In this document: piece by piece, positions 25,001 through 32,707 of the stretch
How positions within the stretch are numbered: position 1 is the stretch's first letter
How the letters are laid out: every line of letters begins with the position of its first letter
Source: a virus
Lineage: Duplodnaviria > Caudoviricetes
Reading direction: 5' to 3' (one strand)
Virus record (IMG/VR): IMGVR_UViG_3300032225_000623
Location: 1-45,947 of that record
DNA: 45,947 nt
Notes under the pieces: generated by a model
Told to the model about the DNA's origin: nothing
The model's database searches: none
The model's input: the letters and a program-made list of their open reading frames with translations, nothing else
Translations under genes and position numbers: made by a program

Positions 25001-27713
25001 CGGGAGTCATGGGGCGGCCCGGTGCGGCTTCTCTAAGCTCTGCTTCCCCGCTTGCTTCTGCTTCTGCGCGTTCTGCCCGTTGATGCAGATTCCAAAGGTT
25101 TTCTGGAATTCCTTGCGGAGCGGCAAACTGTGTACCTTCGGACGTACGCTCAACGCGCTCACCCTGAAGCCTTCCGGTGCGCGCACGTTTAAATACATCT
25201 TCGCTATTGGTAAAGCCCTGCCCCCGGAACACATCACCAACCTTCTGTAAGAACAGCTTGATGCGGTTAAACAATCCAGCAACGACACCGCGTTCCTTGA
25301 GATTGTTTTGAAGCCAGTCACCAAAGGCATCTGCGATAGCTTCTTCAATAATTTTTTCATCAGACAAACCAAGCGCCTTATAGCGACCCTCGGTGTCGTA
25401 CTTTTTAATCCACTCGGTCTTGGCCTTGTTGGTAAGGATGTTCCATTCCTTGTCACTGAACATTCCAAGCTCACGCAGGGCGTGGATGGTTTCGTGTCCA
25501 ATAGTGGCTGTAACGTCACGAGAGCCTTCCAGTGACGCTGAAATCACGCGGTTAAGGTACTTACCATCAATCGGGCTTAATTTGCCGTTTACGGCCTCTT
25601 TAAGGCGTTGCTCAACATTAAGGCCAATGCCTTGTAAACCCATCTGGTCTAATATGCCACGCATACGCGAAGTGACCGCAGTCAACTTCTGTTCCATCTC
25701 AGGCGTTATTTCAGTCGGCGTTTCAGCTTCCGGAGCTTCTTCCGGCTTGACAGATTCGATACGCTTTTGCAGTTCATTGCGAACTGGCTCAAATTGAGGT
25801 TCAGTGCTTTGGTGGATTGCCTCAAGCTGTTCACGCGGAGCGTTGTCAATCAATTCCTTGTGCGCTTCTTCCGGCGTAGCAAAATCCTTCAGAACCTTTG
25901 CCGCACCGTCAGGACGGTACTCACGAACCTGATAACCTTTTTCAATCTCATTGCGTTGATTGATAGGCGTAACAATAGGTTCAGCAGTCAGCGTTGCTTT
26001 CTGTTCTTCCAGTTGTGCAATCTGGTCATTTAACTTACCAATGTCTTGCTGTGCGCCTTCGGCAAGATAGTCCAGACCTTTTTGCTTTAAACGCGGGGTG
26101 ACTGTTGCCTTCTCAAGACCTTTGTTGATTTCATCAATCTGGCCTTTGAGGGTTTTGATTTGTGCGTCAATCGGCTTGGCTTTTTCTGCCGCTGACTTGG
26201 TCATCAACCCCTTGACCTTATTAAGCTCTTCCTGCGTTTTAACGGTGCGGGACAGCTTTAGGGCAGGAGCTTCAATCTGATAACCGTCATTGACTTCAGC
26301 GCCCGGTCGTTCAACAGGAACCGTATAAACATAACGGCTGTCAGCATCCAGCGCCGGGACTAGACGGTCAGCATCATCAATGCGTTTAAATTTGTCACCG
26401 GGCAGTTGGACAATCTCGCCCCGGTTCAGTAGGTTGTTTACAACCGCCGTAGCATCTCCGCCGTGGTTGATGGTATCGCCAGTGCCTTTTACGACATCGT
26501 CTAGACCAAACTCAGCATCTTTGGGAAGTGCTGATACGAAAGCGTTGGCTTCGGTTTTAATCTGTTCAGCGGGGACTTCGCTGGCTTGCGGATGTGACAG
26601 TTGAGTGGTTTCTGGGATGGCAGCATCACGCGCACGTTCTTCTTCAATGGCGGCTTCCATAGCCTGCCGCTGACGCTCCCTAGCCCCTCCAACCATTCCA
26701 CTAAGCGCACCAACGCCGGTACCCATACCAAGGCCACCCAGCGCACCCATAGCAGCCGCTTCACCAACGCCTGCTGTGATGTCTTGTTCTCCCGGTCTGG
26801 CAATGTTTGAAGCAACCTGACCAAGACCTTCTTCCAGACCTTCAGAAACAAGTTCTCCCGGAGCGGTAGTGGCAATGCCACGAATAATTCCGGGTTTAAA
26901 CTTCCCAGCAATGGCTTCTTCGATAGCCCTACCGCCGGGTAGCTTGGAGGTCAGATAACTAGCAACCCCAGCGCCAGCAGCAGCTTTTTGTGCAGAACTT
27001 AAAGCAAGTTGTTTACGCGCTTCATCAGGATTTAAACCTTGACCAATAAGTGCTTTGTACTCAGGAGTCTTGTCTAACTCCTTATCTTTCATGACCGATT
27101 GATAGGTGTCACTACCAATGTCTGCGCCTTGTGCGGTTACGCCAGCGCCTACAGCGCCAGATGTAGCAGCCTTTTCTAATGCGGCTTCGCCAAGTTCCCG
27201 ACCGGCAACTTTTGCCGCACCAGTAGCGGCAAGTTTTGCAGCCTTTGCACCAACCCCACCAACCAACAACTGTGGAGCTTGTTCAGCAAGGAATGATGTA
27301 AACAGTGCGGGGGAAAGGCCGGTTTCCTTAAAGGCCACCCATGCTTTGCCAAGCTCGGTATCTTCTGCCGCAATCTTTGCAGCGCGTTCACGCTCCATTT
27401 GCTGGAGTCGTTCAGACTTATGCTCTTGCCCAAACTTCTGCATTGCCGCGCCCGTCCGGGTGAGCGCGTTGTCCATGTCGGTTAAACCGGCAATGCCTGT
27501 AAGTTGCCCCGGCAGAGCGACTAAAGCGCCAAAACCGCCAGCGGTAGATGCCCCAATGTCAGAAACGGCTTGCCCAAAGGTGCGTTCGGGAGCCGGTATA
27601 AACACGCCCTTTGATTCTGCTGCGCGCCTAATGTATTGACTTTGCTGTTCTGGGGTCAATCCATCCGGAACGGCGACGATACCAACACCCGGAATATTGG
27701 CATTAATAGGCAT
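19056..27713 (-). CDS. 2885-aa polyvalent internal virion (ejection) protein with zincin metallopeptidase, ADP-ribosyltransferase-like, glycosylase-like and PLxRFG domains
   Basis: GHETIHAL...EEAIADAF; FWRWFGNSK...WYHGT...IFLT...GYDS...NQLKSAVGNTGAF; GWY...AALSPQ...GPKVNSF...VTNDAWM; YFPLSRFG. Last gene of the virion block. Confidence 0.85.
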   Translation of the reverse strand: MPINANIPGVGIVAVPDGLTPEQQSQYIRRAAESKGVFIPAPERTFGQAVSDIGASTAGGFGALVALPGQLTGIAGLTDMDNALTRTGAAMQKFGQEHKSERLQQMERERAAKIAAEDTELGKAWVAFKETGLSPALFTSFLAEQAPQLLVGGVGAKAAKLAATGAAKVAGRELGEAALEKAATSGAVGAGVTAQGADIGSDTYQSVMKDKELDKTPEYKALIGQGLNPDEARKQLALSSAQKAAAGAGVASYLTSKLPGGRAIEEAIAGKFKPGIIRGIATTAPGELVSEGLEEGLGQVASNIARPGEQDITAGVGEAAAMGALGGLGMGTGVGALSGMVGGARERQRQAMEAAIEEERARDAAIPETTQLSHPQASEVPAEQIKTEANAFVSALPKDAEFGLDDVVKGTGDTINHGGDATAVVNNLLNRGEIVQLPGDKFKRIDDADRLVPALDADSRYVYTVPVERPGAEVNDGYQIEAPALKLSRTVKTQEELNKVKGLMTKSAAEKAKPIDAQIKTLKGQIDEINKGLEKATVTPRLKQKGLDYLAEGAQQDIGKLNDQIAQLEEQKATLTAEPIVTPINQRNEIEKGYQVREYRPDGAAKVLKDFATPEEAHKELIDNAPREQLEAIHQSTEPQFEPVRNELQKRIESVKPEEAPEAETPTEITPEMEQKLTAVTSRMRGILDQMGLQGIGLNVEQRLKEAVNGKLSPIDGKYLNRVISASLEGSRDVTATIGHETIHALRELGMFSDKEWNILTNKAKTEWIKKYDTEGRYKALGLSDEKIIEEAIADAFGDWLQNNLKERGVVAGLFNRIKLFLQKVGDVFRGQGFTNSEDVFKRARTGRLQGERVERTSEGTQFAAPQGIPENLWNLHQRAERAEAEASGEAELREAAPGRPMTPGALRRNQTIANRRLVRAAQEFYKGDVEKAIKLMREMTFISAIRRAQREQDDRALRRYQSIYPELYERETKGLQLALPRTVNVDGKERPTGVFDSSQLKVFQNEDFDTYSVYGPDDERIGPKFETVDEARDLANSLSKPIYPTVEGIENFWRWFGNSKTVNRFGVPQVWYHGTAREISKFEPKQAKAIFLTQDPEFAEGFASGSERFMIRNATKFVDEKIVEQAIRRGISNAVADGQVGRAAANDWLKHRNEWQTNELLTGALMSHMGDYVFDEIKKELPSGQNIIPIFVRAEKPFDYHNEGHIDDLTAWVESLDKQNPARKFILKTMDEIENGAWDRIESPAVQSFLKERGYDSFFVSEGGKKNLAVYDPNQLKSAVGNTGAFSRDSGEIQYALPLSNKERDDIVKRAKGDLELGAQMIRFAKNLTPTERSKLTRFSAVKMIDLLGTFPEADEYAAVAYAGRAKRGWYENSAKALVTVFGNDAPRFAALLAALSPQCSVQTNLLNALNLWKNWTAAGRPLERSKIMEIAGRSVQGDKGEESVLDAWKNNSVRALTSNDLSKLVISGPKVNSFFQNLIGVTEEVTNDAWMANFAFVDQKLFSGSLNKKGTEPGKKAGYLTQSFIVREAADRLTKLTGEKWTPAEVQETVWSWAKALYEGAEGEGVSAAQFLNDGKLTGELINSVPDFNGLFFDEVYESILREAGYGKQLDELVQQRNRNRAELSEEEQGLGGKTEPFGPITQKKLELRAANRLDRLKEHRVFEKVKKSKKANINFEVAPDPDDIGLTTAWNSLDEDSKRGISQRVMQKILPKVMEMLGVDGLAFSQVGSYGKDTNPSFSVKMKKGDTLNFTKYLGFVFLQNEMAVMSQTKFSGSGLVGAVTVDVGNAEQERIKQIYETLREIEVNGEQPVSGQSTINGNMVILNYSDVDTKELADLIDAKLGNKFGVKTTTIYAAYPSKSEYNYASPGDDPRGKERNIRERARALRAEASGEILAEIQKAGIRVEQRDIGTELHDAAKQDALDDLNKEASAGPNEGLFAVPFKNYDSASYALDSIVKKVPTITRDISDRINLTGTSTSKTLWKCLTLGQLAEVTGKWFPQIKKFKQIMDEMFGYRDHLVYGAARIAEEWQTLTAKNGKIANAMSNVMHDATINGFDPDIERRKDIQTKKVIEPKNDIERDIQRRYDQLPAEYKALYKKVRNYYGWRMSEYMKLLEQRIEDAVQDKNKAREMVQRLKDRYETGRVAGPYFPLSRFGDYWVSFKLNGNPEYHMFENEKERDRFYVEMNSKGATDLNKGYKLSDIYGNNKNTFGFVKDIMENIETGKSVGELKDDIWQMYLRHLPEVSMRKHFIHRKNIAGYNTDALRAFQTNTFHGAYYMGRLKYSGKIADALTEAAHVASREVDNETRTKAQALVEELGQRESAMMNPSDSNWVTQLAGSFGFMYYLATPAAAMVNLTQNFLVAFPVMGGRFGYNRAGKELSRAMKQFTTSAQFKKQETAYNTLTSAFDVRRTLEQLQKEAASPADKKRYEYELKAIEDLYLNGSITRSQAMDMAGASDSVTQAGNALQTTNKFLGMAFHGAEVFNRTTTALAAYRMAMQDNAHMPFEQRHAKSVATASEIVEKAHFNYSSANEAPAFKSLGSAGKVLLMFKKYSQAMTYLLVNETKLYGSYLKNKFAGTPMEAEAVARAKEARNTMLGILGMTGTFAGLLGLPYPLVALTMAMFNMTFGGDDDDEYFDAEARFKDWLAETFGADAAIAIANGPVSYLTGADLSSRVGLNGLWFRDNGEAKDEVAAGQKWLIGILGPAAGTIMNVFEGQKRINEGQVYRGIEVMLPSILKDGMQAYRLGTEGALSMSGDPVVDEVTNYETFLTGIGFTSSRLARQYKENAEVKGAETRINTERKRILGRFALALNNDDYDAMDEIQADIEDFNQKNPEVEITYETLQRSLRSRQEAEAETEHGIRIGKKLKGRLSEHRYLEED

Positions 27714-27728
27714 AAATCATCCTGTTTA

Positions 27729-29447
27729 CTAATCTGAACCCATTAGGTCAGCAGCAGTATAAACGTCACCGTACTTGTTTAGTTGATTATTAATGTATTC
27801 ATCCAATTGACCTTGAATGGTGTATTGGAGCGCCGGGTCTTTCTTTGCAGCCTTTTCAAGACTAGTTTTAAGCGCAGCATACTGCGGGTCATACCGTTGA
27901 ATGCTGGTAACAGCAGCAAGTTTATCTTTGCCCGACATGGGCTTCGGTTGACCACGAAGTTTAAGTTGGTCTCGAAGAAGATTCCGTTTTTCTATGTAGT
28001 TTTCAATTTGTGCTTGACGCAAAGCCGCTTCGCTTCCCGCTTGCGACCGCGAGATGTCAAGCCTTTGCCCTTCAAGGCCCGCCGTATAGGCATTGTGGCG
28101 CGCACTCTCCAAGTAATGCTTGCCGGTCAATTTGAGTTGCTCGGAAGCTCGGCGGTTGTCCATTCCAACATTGTGCTGGCTATAGGCATCGTTATACATT
28201 TGGCGTGACAGACCAAACAAACCAGCCCTTTCGGCTCGCTCTGCTTGTTTAAACTTATATTCAGCGTCAGTAAGGTTGCGGTCTGCTTGTTCGTCAGCAG
28301 TCTTTGACTGTTGGTAGAACTTAAAGCCTTGAGTAGCACCTTCGGCGGCAGCTTGAAGCGGATGCACCGACTTAGACGATGCCATTCCCAGTCCTGACTG
28401 AATCAAAAAGTCAGACAGGTAGTTCTTTTTGTTAGCTTCTAAATTGGCGCGTTGCTTTGCAAGTGTGTCTTGATAGCCAGCCACCGCGCTAGGACCATAA
28501 GCATTTTTTGCTAGGTCTTGGTAATAGCTCATTTCATGCACTTCAGGAATGGCTTCGTCTTTAATAAGGTTTGGGTCAATATTGTAGTCTGCTTCATTGA
28601 TGGTATAAGCCGGACCGCCTTTGGCAAAGTGGCGCGTGTACATTAAGTTGCCACTCATATGACCGCGCGGGTCGCGCATCAGGCGCGCATCAATTGAAGA
28701 ATCATCATCAAGACGACGACCATAAGAAGCTCCTAATGCAGCACCATGAGGGGTCGGGTTGATGTTAGCCATCAAACGATTCTTTTCATTGCTGTAGCCA
28801 ACGTCATAGCCCGTTACACCGCTATATCTGGGCGCATGAATGCCTTGAATACCGGCACTCAAACGACCCTCACCCATCGGATAAGAACCGCCAATCCGGC
28901 CTGTCACGTTGCTTTGCGAAGGAACGCCATCGCCCATACGGTTGTATGCGGCGCTCAAATCCATGCTGCCAGCACCAACTGGAATTGACGGGTTGATTCC
29001 TGCTGATTGCATCCCCTTGCCTTCATACATATGGGGGCGCAGATATTCTTGGATTGCATCTTCAAGACTGCCGCCTTCGGCCAAAGCAACAACGCCGCCG
29101 TCATAGAATTGTTGCGGTTGTTGTTGTGCAGCTTCCATCATCGGGGCCGGAGTTAGTTGCATACCTTCCGGCGGGGGGACTGAGCCAATCCCCATAGCTT
29201 CAGGTAGTTGTTGCGGCTGTTGTTGCCGCATTTGTTGATTGTCTTTTTGCAACAACTCTTCAATGATTGAAGTCTTTGTCGGTTGACCTTGATTTGCGGC
29301 AGCATACTTTTCGCGCATGATTTCCCGGCGCTTAATTTCACTGGCGACTAGGTATTCTGGAAAATCACCCGTAGGGTTCTGAAGATACTGAGTAAGTTCA
29401 GTATCCGGCGCACCCTTCAGAAGTTCTGCTGCTTTGATAAGGTTCAT
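27729..29447 (-). CDS. Internal virion/ejection protein containing a beta-strand-rich segment
   Basis: Located between ejection genes; Q/A-rich helical C-terminus; FYDGG, LAEGG and FAKGG motifs. Confidence 0.7.
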   Translation of the reverse strand: MNLIKAAELLKGAPDTELTQYLQNPTGDFPEYLVASEIKRREIMREKYAAANQGQPTKTSIIEELLQKDNQQMRQQQPQQLPEAMGIGSVPPPEGMQLTPAPMMEAAQQQPQQFYDGGVVALAEGGSLEDAIQEYLRPHMYEGKGMQSAGINPSIPVGAGSMDLSAAYNRMGDGVPSQSNVTGRIGGSYPMGEGRLSAGIQGIHAPRYSGVTGYDVGYSNEKNRLMANINPTPHGAALGASYGRRLDDDSSIDARLMRDPRGHMSGNLMYTRHFAKGGPAYTINEADYNIDPNLIKDEAIPEVHEMSYYQDLAKNAYGPSAVAGYQDTLAKQRANLEANKKNYLSDFLIQSGLGMASSKSVHPLQAAAEGATQGFKFYQQSKTADEQADRNLTDAEYKFKQAERAERAGLFGLSRQMYNDAYSQHNVGMDNRRASEQLKLTGKHYLESARHNAYTAGLEGQRLDISRSQAGSEAALRQAQIENYIEKRNLLRDQLKLRGQPKPMSGKDKLAAVTSIQRYDPQYAALKTSLEKAAKKDPALQYTIQGQLDEYINNQLNKYGDVYTAADLMGSD

Positions 29448-29451
29448 ATTA

Positions 29452-30465
29452 CTAGCCTCTTAGATATGCGCCAAGACCGGCAATCCCCAAACCGCCCAAC
29501 TGTTGTAGGGATGATGGCGTCGGGGTATAGCTAACAGTACGAGAACCCAATGCACCAGCATTACCGCGCAGAAGGTCGCTATAGAACTGAAGCTGACTCT
29601 TTTCCCAGTCACGCTTTTCCATTGCTTGTTGGTAATCAATGTCTCTCTGCTTTTGTTCCAGTGCCTGCTGCTCTGTACCAACCGCACCTTGCGCTTTGAG
29701 GCGGTCAAGGTCAGCTTGTTGTTGGGCAGAACCAAGTTTGCCCATCAACTCAGAACCAGCCAGACCTTGCTGAAGACCCTGCATACCCAGAGTGCCAAGG
29801 TACTGTTGTTGTTTCTGCGCGGCATCAAACGCGCTTTGATAGCCCTTACCAAGGATGTCACCAACCATCTGATTGGCATTGCGCTCACGTTCAGCAGCCA
29901 TAAGGGCTTGACGGCTACCACCAAAAGAACCGCCCCTCATGCTTTGAAGAGCATCATTGCGCTTTGCGTAGTCGGCTTGAAGATTGGCTTCACGAATCTG
30001 AGGATTCAAAGCGCCTTGAATATAGTCCGACATATAGTTTTGAGTCGGGCCAAATGCAGCATTTAAACCGCGCTCTGCTGTTCCGTATCCCAACAAATTG
30101 CCAACTCCCGCACCTTGGGTTGCATACCCAAATTGGCCCGGAGTTTTAAGCCCCATCGTCTCACCAAACACTTGCTGTTGGCTGGGGTTGAAGCCAGCAA
30201 CACGCTGACCTTGATACGGCTCATATTGTTTAATGCCCGTTACATTGCCTTCCGTATCTGTAGAAAAAACATTCTTACCAGTTTGTTTCAGGAGTTCTGT
30301 GTAATAAGGCTGTGCGTATGCAGGAAGGTTTGTTTGGCTAACATTTGAGGTTGTGGTAGATGGCTGGCTACCGCCACCACCTTGCGGCTTAATGCGCTTA
30401 TCACCGATGTGTTTAAAAGCCTCAATCGGAAGGTCTGGAATTTCTGCAAGTAGTGCGCGGCTCAT
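29452..30465 (-). CDS. Internal virion / DNA transfer protein
   Basis: Leader then GGGGS, NLPAYAQPY, GSFGGSRQAL, Q-rich helices and a hydrophobic Gly-rich C-terminus. Confidence 0.75.
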   Translation of the reverse strand: MSRALLAEIPDLPIEAFKHIGDKRIKPQGGGGSQPSTTTSNVSQTNLPAYAQPYYTELLKQTGKNVFSTDTEGNVTGIKQYEPYQGQRVAGFNPSQQQVFGETMGLKTPGQFGYATQGAGVGNLLGYGTAERGLNAAFGPTQNYMSDYIQGALNPQIREANLQADYAKRNDALQSMRGGSFGGSRQALMAAERERNANQMVGDILGKGYQSAFDAAQKQQQYLGTLGMQGLQQGLAGSELMGKLGSAQQQADLDRLKAQGAVGTEQQALEQKQRDIDYQQAMEKRDWEKSQLQFYSDLLRGNAGALGSRTVSYTPTPSSLQQLGGLGIAGLGAYLRG

Positions 30466-30869
30466 AAATCTTTCTCCACAATGACGTAACGACGCTCAAA
30501 GTTAAACAGTCGCTTCCACAACCGTTCTATTGATTCACGCGCTGCGCCTTGAATTTTTGAAGCTCCATTGAACTTACACCAATCGGTAAGTTCTTTAAAC
30601 ATATCTTTATTAGCTATCAGCCTTCCACCGATACTTGTGACATATGCCACTCGATAGTTGGGATAGTCAATAAACTGAACTGTTGCCGCGCCTTTGACGG
30701 CGTTTTCTTCTACTGCTACTAATAAAATTTGTTCACCGCGCAGAATCATTACTTTCATCTGGTCGGCATTATATTCGCCACAACCATATTGAAGTGCATC
30801 TTCAATGAATCCAACTACATCAGGCCATACCTGATGGATGTACTGCGGTGGAACTTGTTCTACTTTCAT
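30462..30869 (-). CDS. GNAT-fold virion assembly protein (position analogous to T7 gp13 / P22 gp14)
   Basis: W..V...I..AL, beta-rich core, WCKFNGASKIQGAAR; ATGA overlaps on both sides. Confidence 0.6.
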   Translation of the reverse strand: MKVEQVPPQYIHQVWPDVVGFIEDALQYGCGEYNADQMKVMILRGEQILLVAVEENAVKGAATVQFIDYPNYRVAYVTSIGGRLIANKDMFKELTDWCKFNGASKIQGAARESIERLWKRLFNFERRYVIVEKDL

Positions 30870-32083
30870 GCCGGAAGATATTTCTTCGGGTTGATTTGTT
30901 GGCCTTGCTTAGTAGTTCCGGTGCGAGCATGGCGAACCTTGTCCATCATAGCGTATAAACGTTGTGCGCCAGCTTTGGTGGAGCCGTTACCCAGATGACT
31001 GACAACATCTGCCGGTACAACAAACTCACCATCTGCTAGACGTGCCGGTTGCTTGCCCTCAATGCTTGCAGGAATCGAATCGCTCATGCCATCGCCGGGA
31101 CCATCAAGGTAGCCACCACGGGCAAAGCTGGCTAAACCACCAACAGCTTTATTCAACATTGGAACACCGTACTTGCCCGATTGATACTCAGCGGGATTGC
31201 TATCCGGGTCTGGTGTTTCGTTGACATCACCACCCTCAGCAAACAAACGCAATCCACTATTGGTATTAAGATTTAATGTTGCATATGGGTCGTACTTGTC
31301 TTCTTTTTCTTGAGGCATCTTGGGCGGTTCAATACCAGCCAATCCCGCCATAGCTAGAGGCATACCAACCTTACCAGCAGCCATCAAATCAGCGTTGGGG
31401 CCAGTTCCACCAAGCGACTTAACAAACGCATCACGACCTGCACTTGTTCCAAGTGAAGCAAGTCCGGTCGGCGCGGGAGCCTGCATTGCAGAATTGGCTA
31501 AACTTCTTGCTGCGGCATCTTGTCCAGCTAATTGCTGTACTTGAGTTATGCCTTCTGACGGCACACCAAAAGAAGTTGTGGTTCCTATTGCTTCTCCAGC
31601 ACCGCCAAATGCAGGCGTTACATTAGGGGTAGCGGCAATTGCGTTTTCTGCTGCGGTTGCTGCATTTGATGCTGTGTTTGCACCTTGCGCAGCAGTAGAA
31701 GCGGCTGAACCTGCGCTCAAGGCATTACCAATGCCCGCGCCGCCGAAACCACCCAGACCACCCATAAGCGCGCCCATAAGTGGGTCTTTTCCGTTTAAAG
31801 CAGCACCAGTAGCAGCGCCGGCCATTACCGGGATAAGCATGGAGGTTCCACCTGTCAGCGGGGCGGCGATAGCGCCGACGATAGTCGGCAGTAGTGAACG
31901 GAAGAAACCACCCAGACTAAACGCCTCAGGAAGTCCGGTATGCGGGTTAGTAGTTAGATGAGTACCATTAATCGAAGCAATGCCATGAAGTGCCGACACT
32001 TCTTGCGGCGACATATGGACAAGCGTAGTGTCACCGTGGCGACCCATAGCTGCTAAATGTTTTGCTACTTCGTGCATACTCAT
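30866..32083 (-). CDS. Internal virion protein with Gly/Ala-rich membrane-like segment
   Basis: GRHGDT.LVH...TNPHTGLPEAF, hydrophobic PTIVGAIAAPLTGG..., C-terminal GPGDGMSDSIPA...LADGEFVVPADVV. Confidence 0.75.
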   Translation of the reverse strand: MSMHEVAKHLAAMGRHGDTTLVHMSPQEVSALHGIASINGTHLTTNPHTGLPEAFSLGGFFRSLLPTIVGAIAAPLTGGTSMLIPVMAGAATGAALNGKDPLMGALMGGLGGFGGAGIGNALSAGSAASTAAQGANTASNAATAAENAIAATPNVTPAFGGAGEAIGTTTSFGVPSEGITQVQQLAGQDAAARSLANSAMQAPAPTGLASLGTSAGRDAFVKSLGGTGPNADLMAAGKVGMPLAMAGLAGIEPPKMPQEKEDKYDPYATLNLNTNSGLRLFAEGGDVNETPDPDSNPAEYQSGKYGVPMLNKAVGGLASFARGGYLDGPGDGMSDSIPASIEGKQPARLADGEFVVPADVVSHLGNGSTKAGAQRLYAMMDKVRHARTGTTKQGQQINPKKYLPA

Positions 32084-32113
32084 AGTTATAACCTTTAAAC
32101 GGTTTGTTGAATA

Positions 32114-32707
32114 TTAAGGTATTGCTGATACAAAAGAAAGAGTGGCAATTACTGATGGTGTGGTTGGGCGTGTTGGTGTTGTTTGTGCAGCGTATGTTTG
32201 CAGAGTTACCAATGCGTTGTTGGTAGACCAGTAAATTTCAATATAGTCTGCTGCGGCTAATTGAATGTAATAATTCCAAGCACCGTTTGCCTGCCCAATC
32301 TGCACTGAAGTGTTCCTCGTGGAACCAACTACATCAGTGCCATTCTTTTTCAACCAAACGCTAAGGCTTCGCGCCAAAATATCAGAGTTAAGAATTTGAG
32401 CAGACCATTGAAGGTTATAAATGCCCGGATAAGCCACAGTCATCCGTGAAGATGAAGCAATCGATGTGGAGTTTTCGTAATCCACAACTTCCAAAGCAAC
32501 TGCTGTAGCCGTATTAGCGGTAGCAGTCTGGGTTACTAAACTTTTCCACGCGCCGTATGGGTTAACTACTTTTGTGCCGTCCCAGTATGCAAAATCAATC
32601 TGATTGAAATACAAGCGCAATGAGTTATCGCGCTGCTGTTGTTGGTCTTGGCTGTATGTCGTTGTCGGTATCGGCAGCGACGGAGCCTTGAATTTTATAA
32701 GCCCCAT
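32114..32707 (-). CDS. Tail-associated protein with C1q/TNF-like beta-sandwich
   Basis: SRMTVAYPGIYNLQWSAQ...VWLKKNG...LAAADYIEI; follows the nozzle gene. Confidence 0.6.
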   Translation of the reverse strand: MGLIKFKAPSLPIPTTTYSQDQQQQRDNSLRLYFNQIDFAYWDGTKVVNPYGAWKSLVTQTATANTATAVALEVVDYENSTSIASSSRMTVAYPGIYNLQWSAQILNSDILARSLSVWLKKNGTDVVGSTRNTSVQIGQANGAWNYYIQLAAADYIEIYWSTNNALVTLQTYAAQTTPTRPTTPSVIATLSFVSAIP

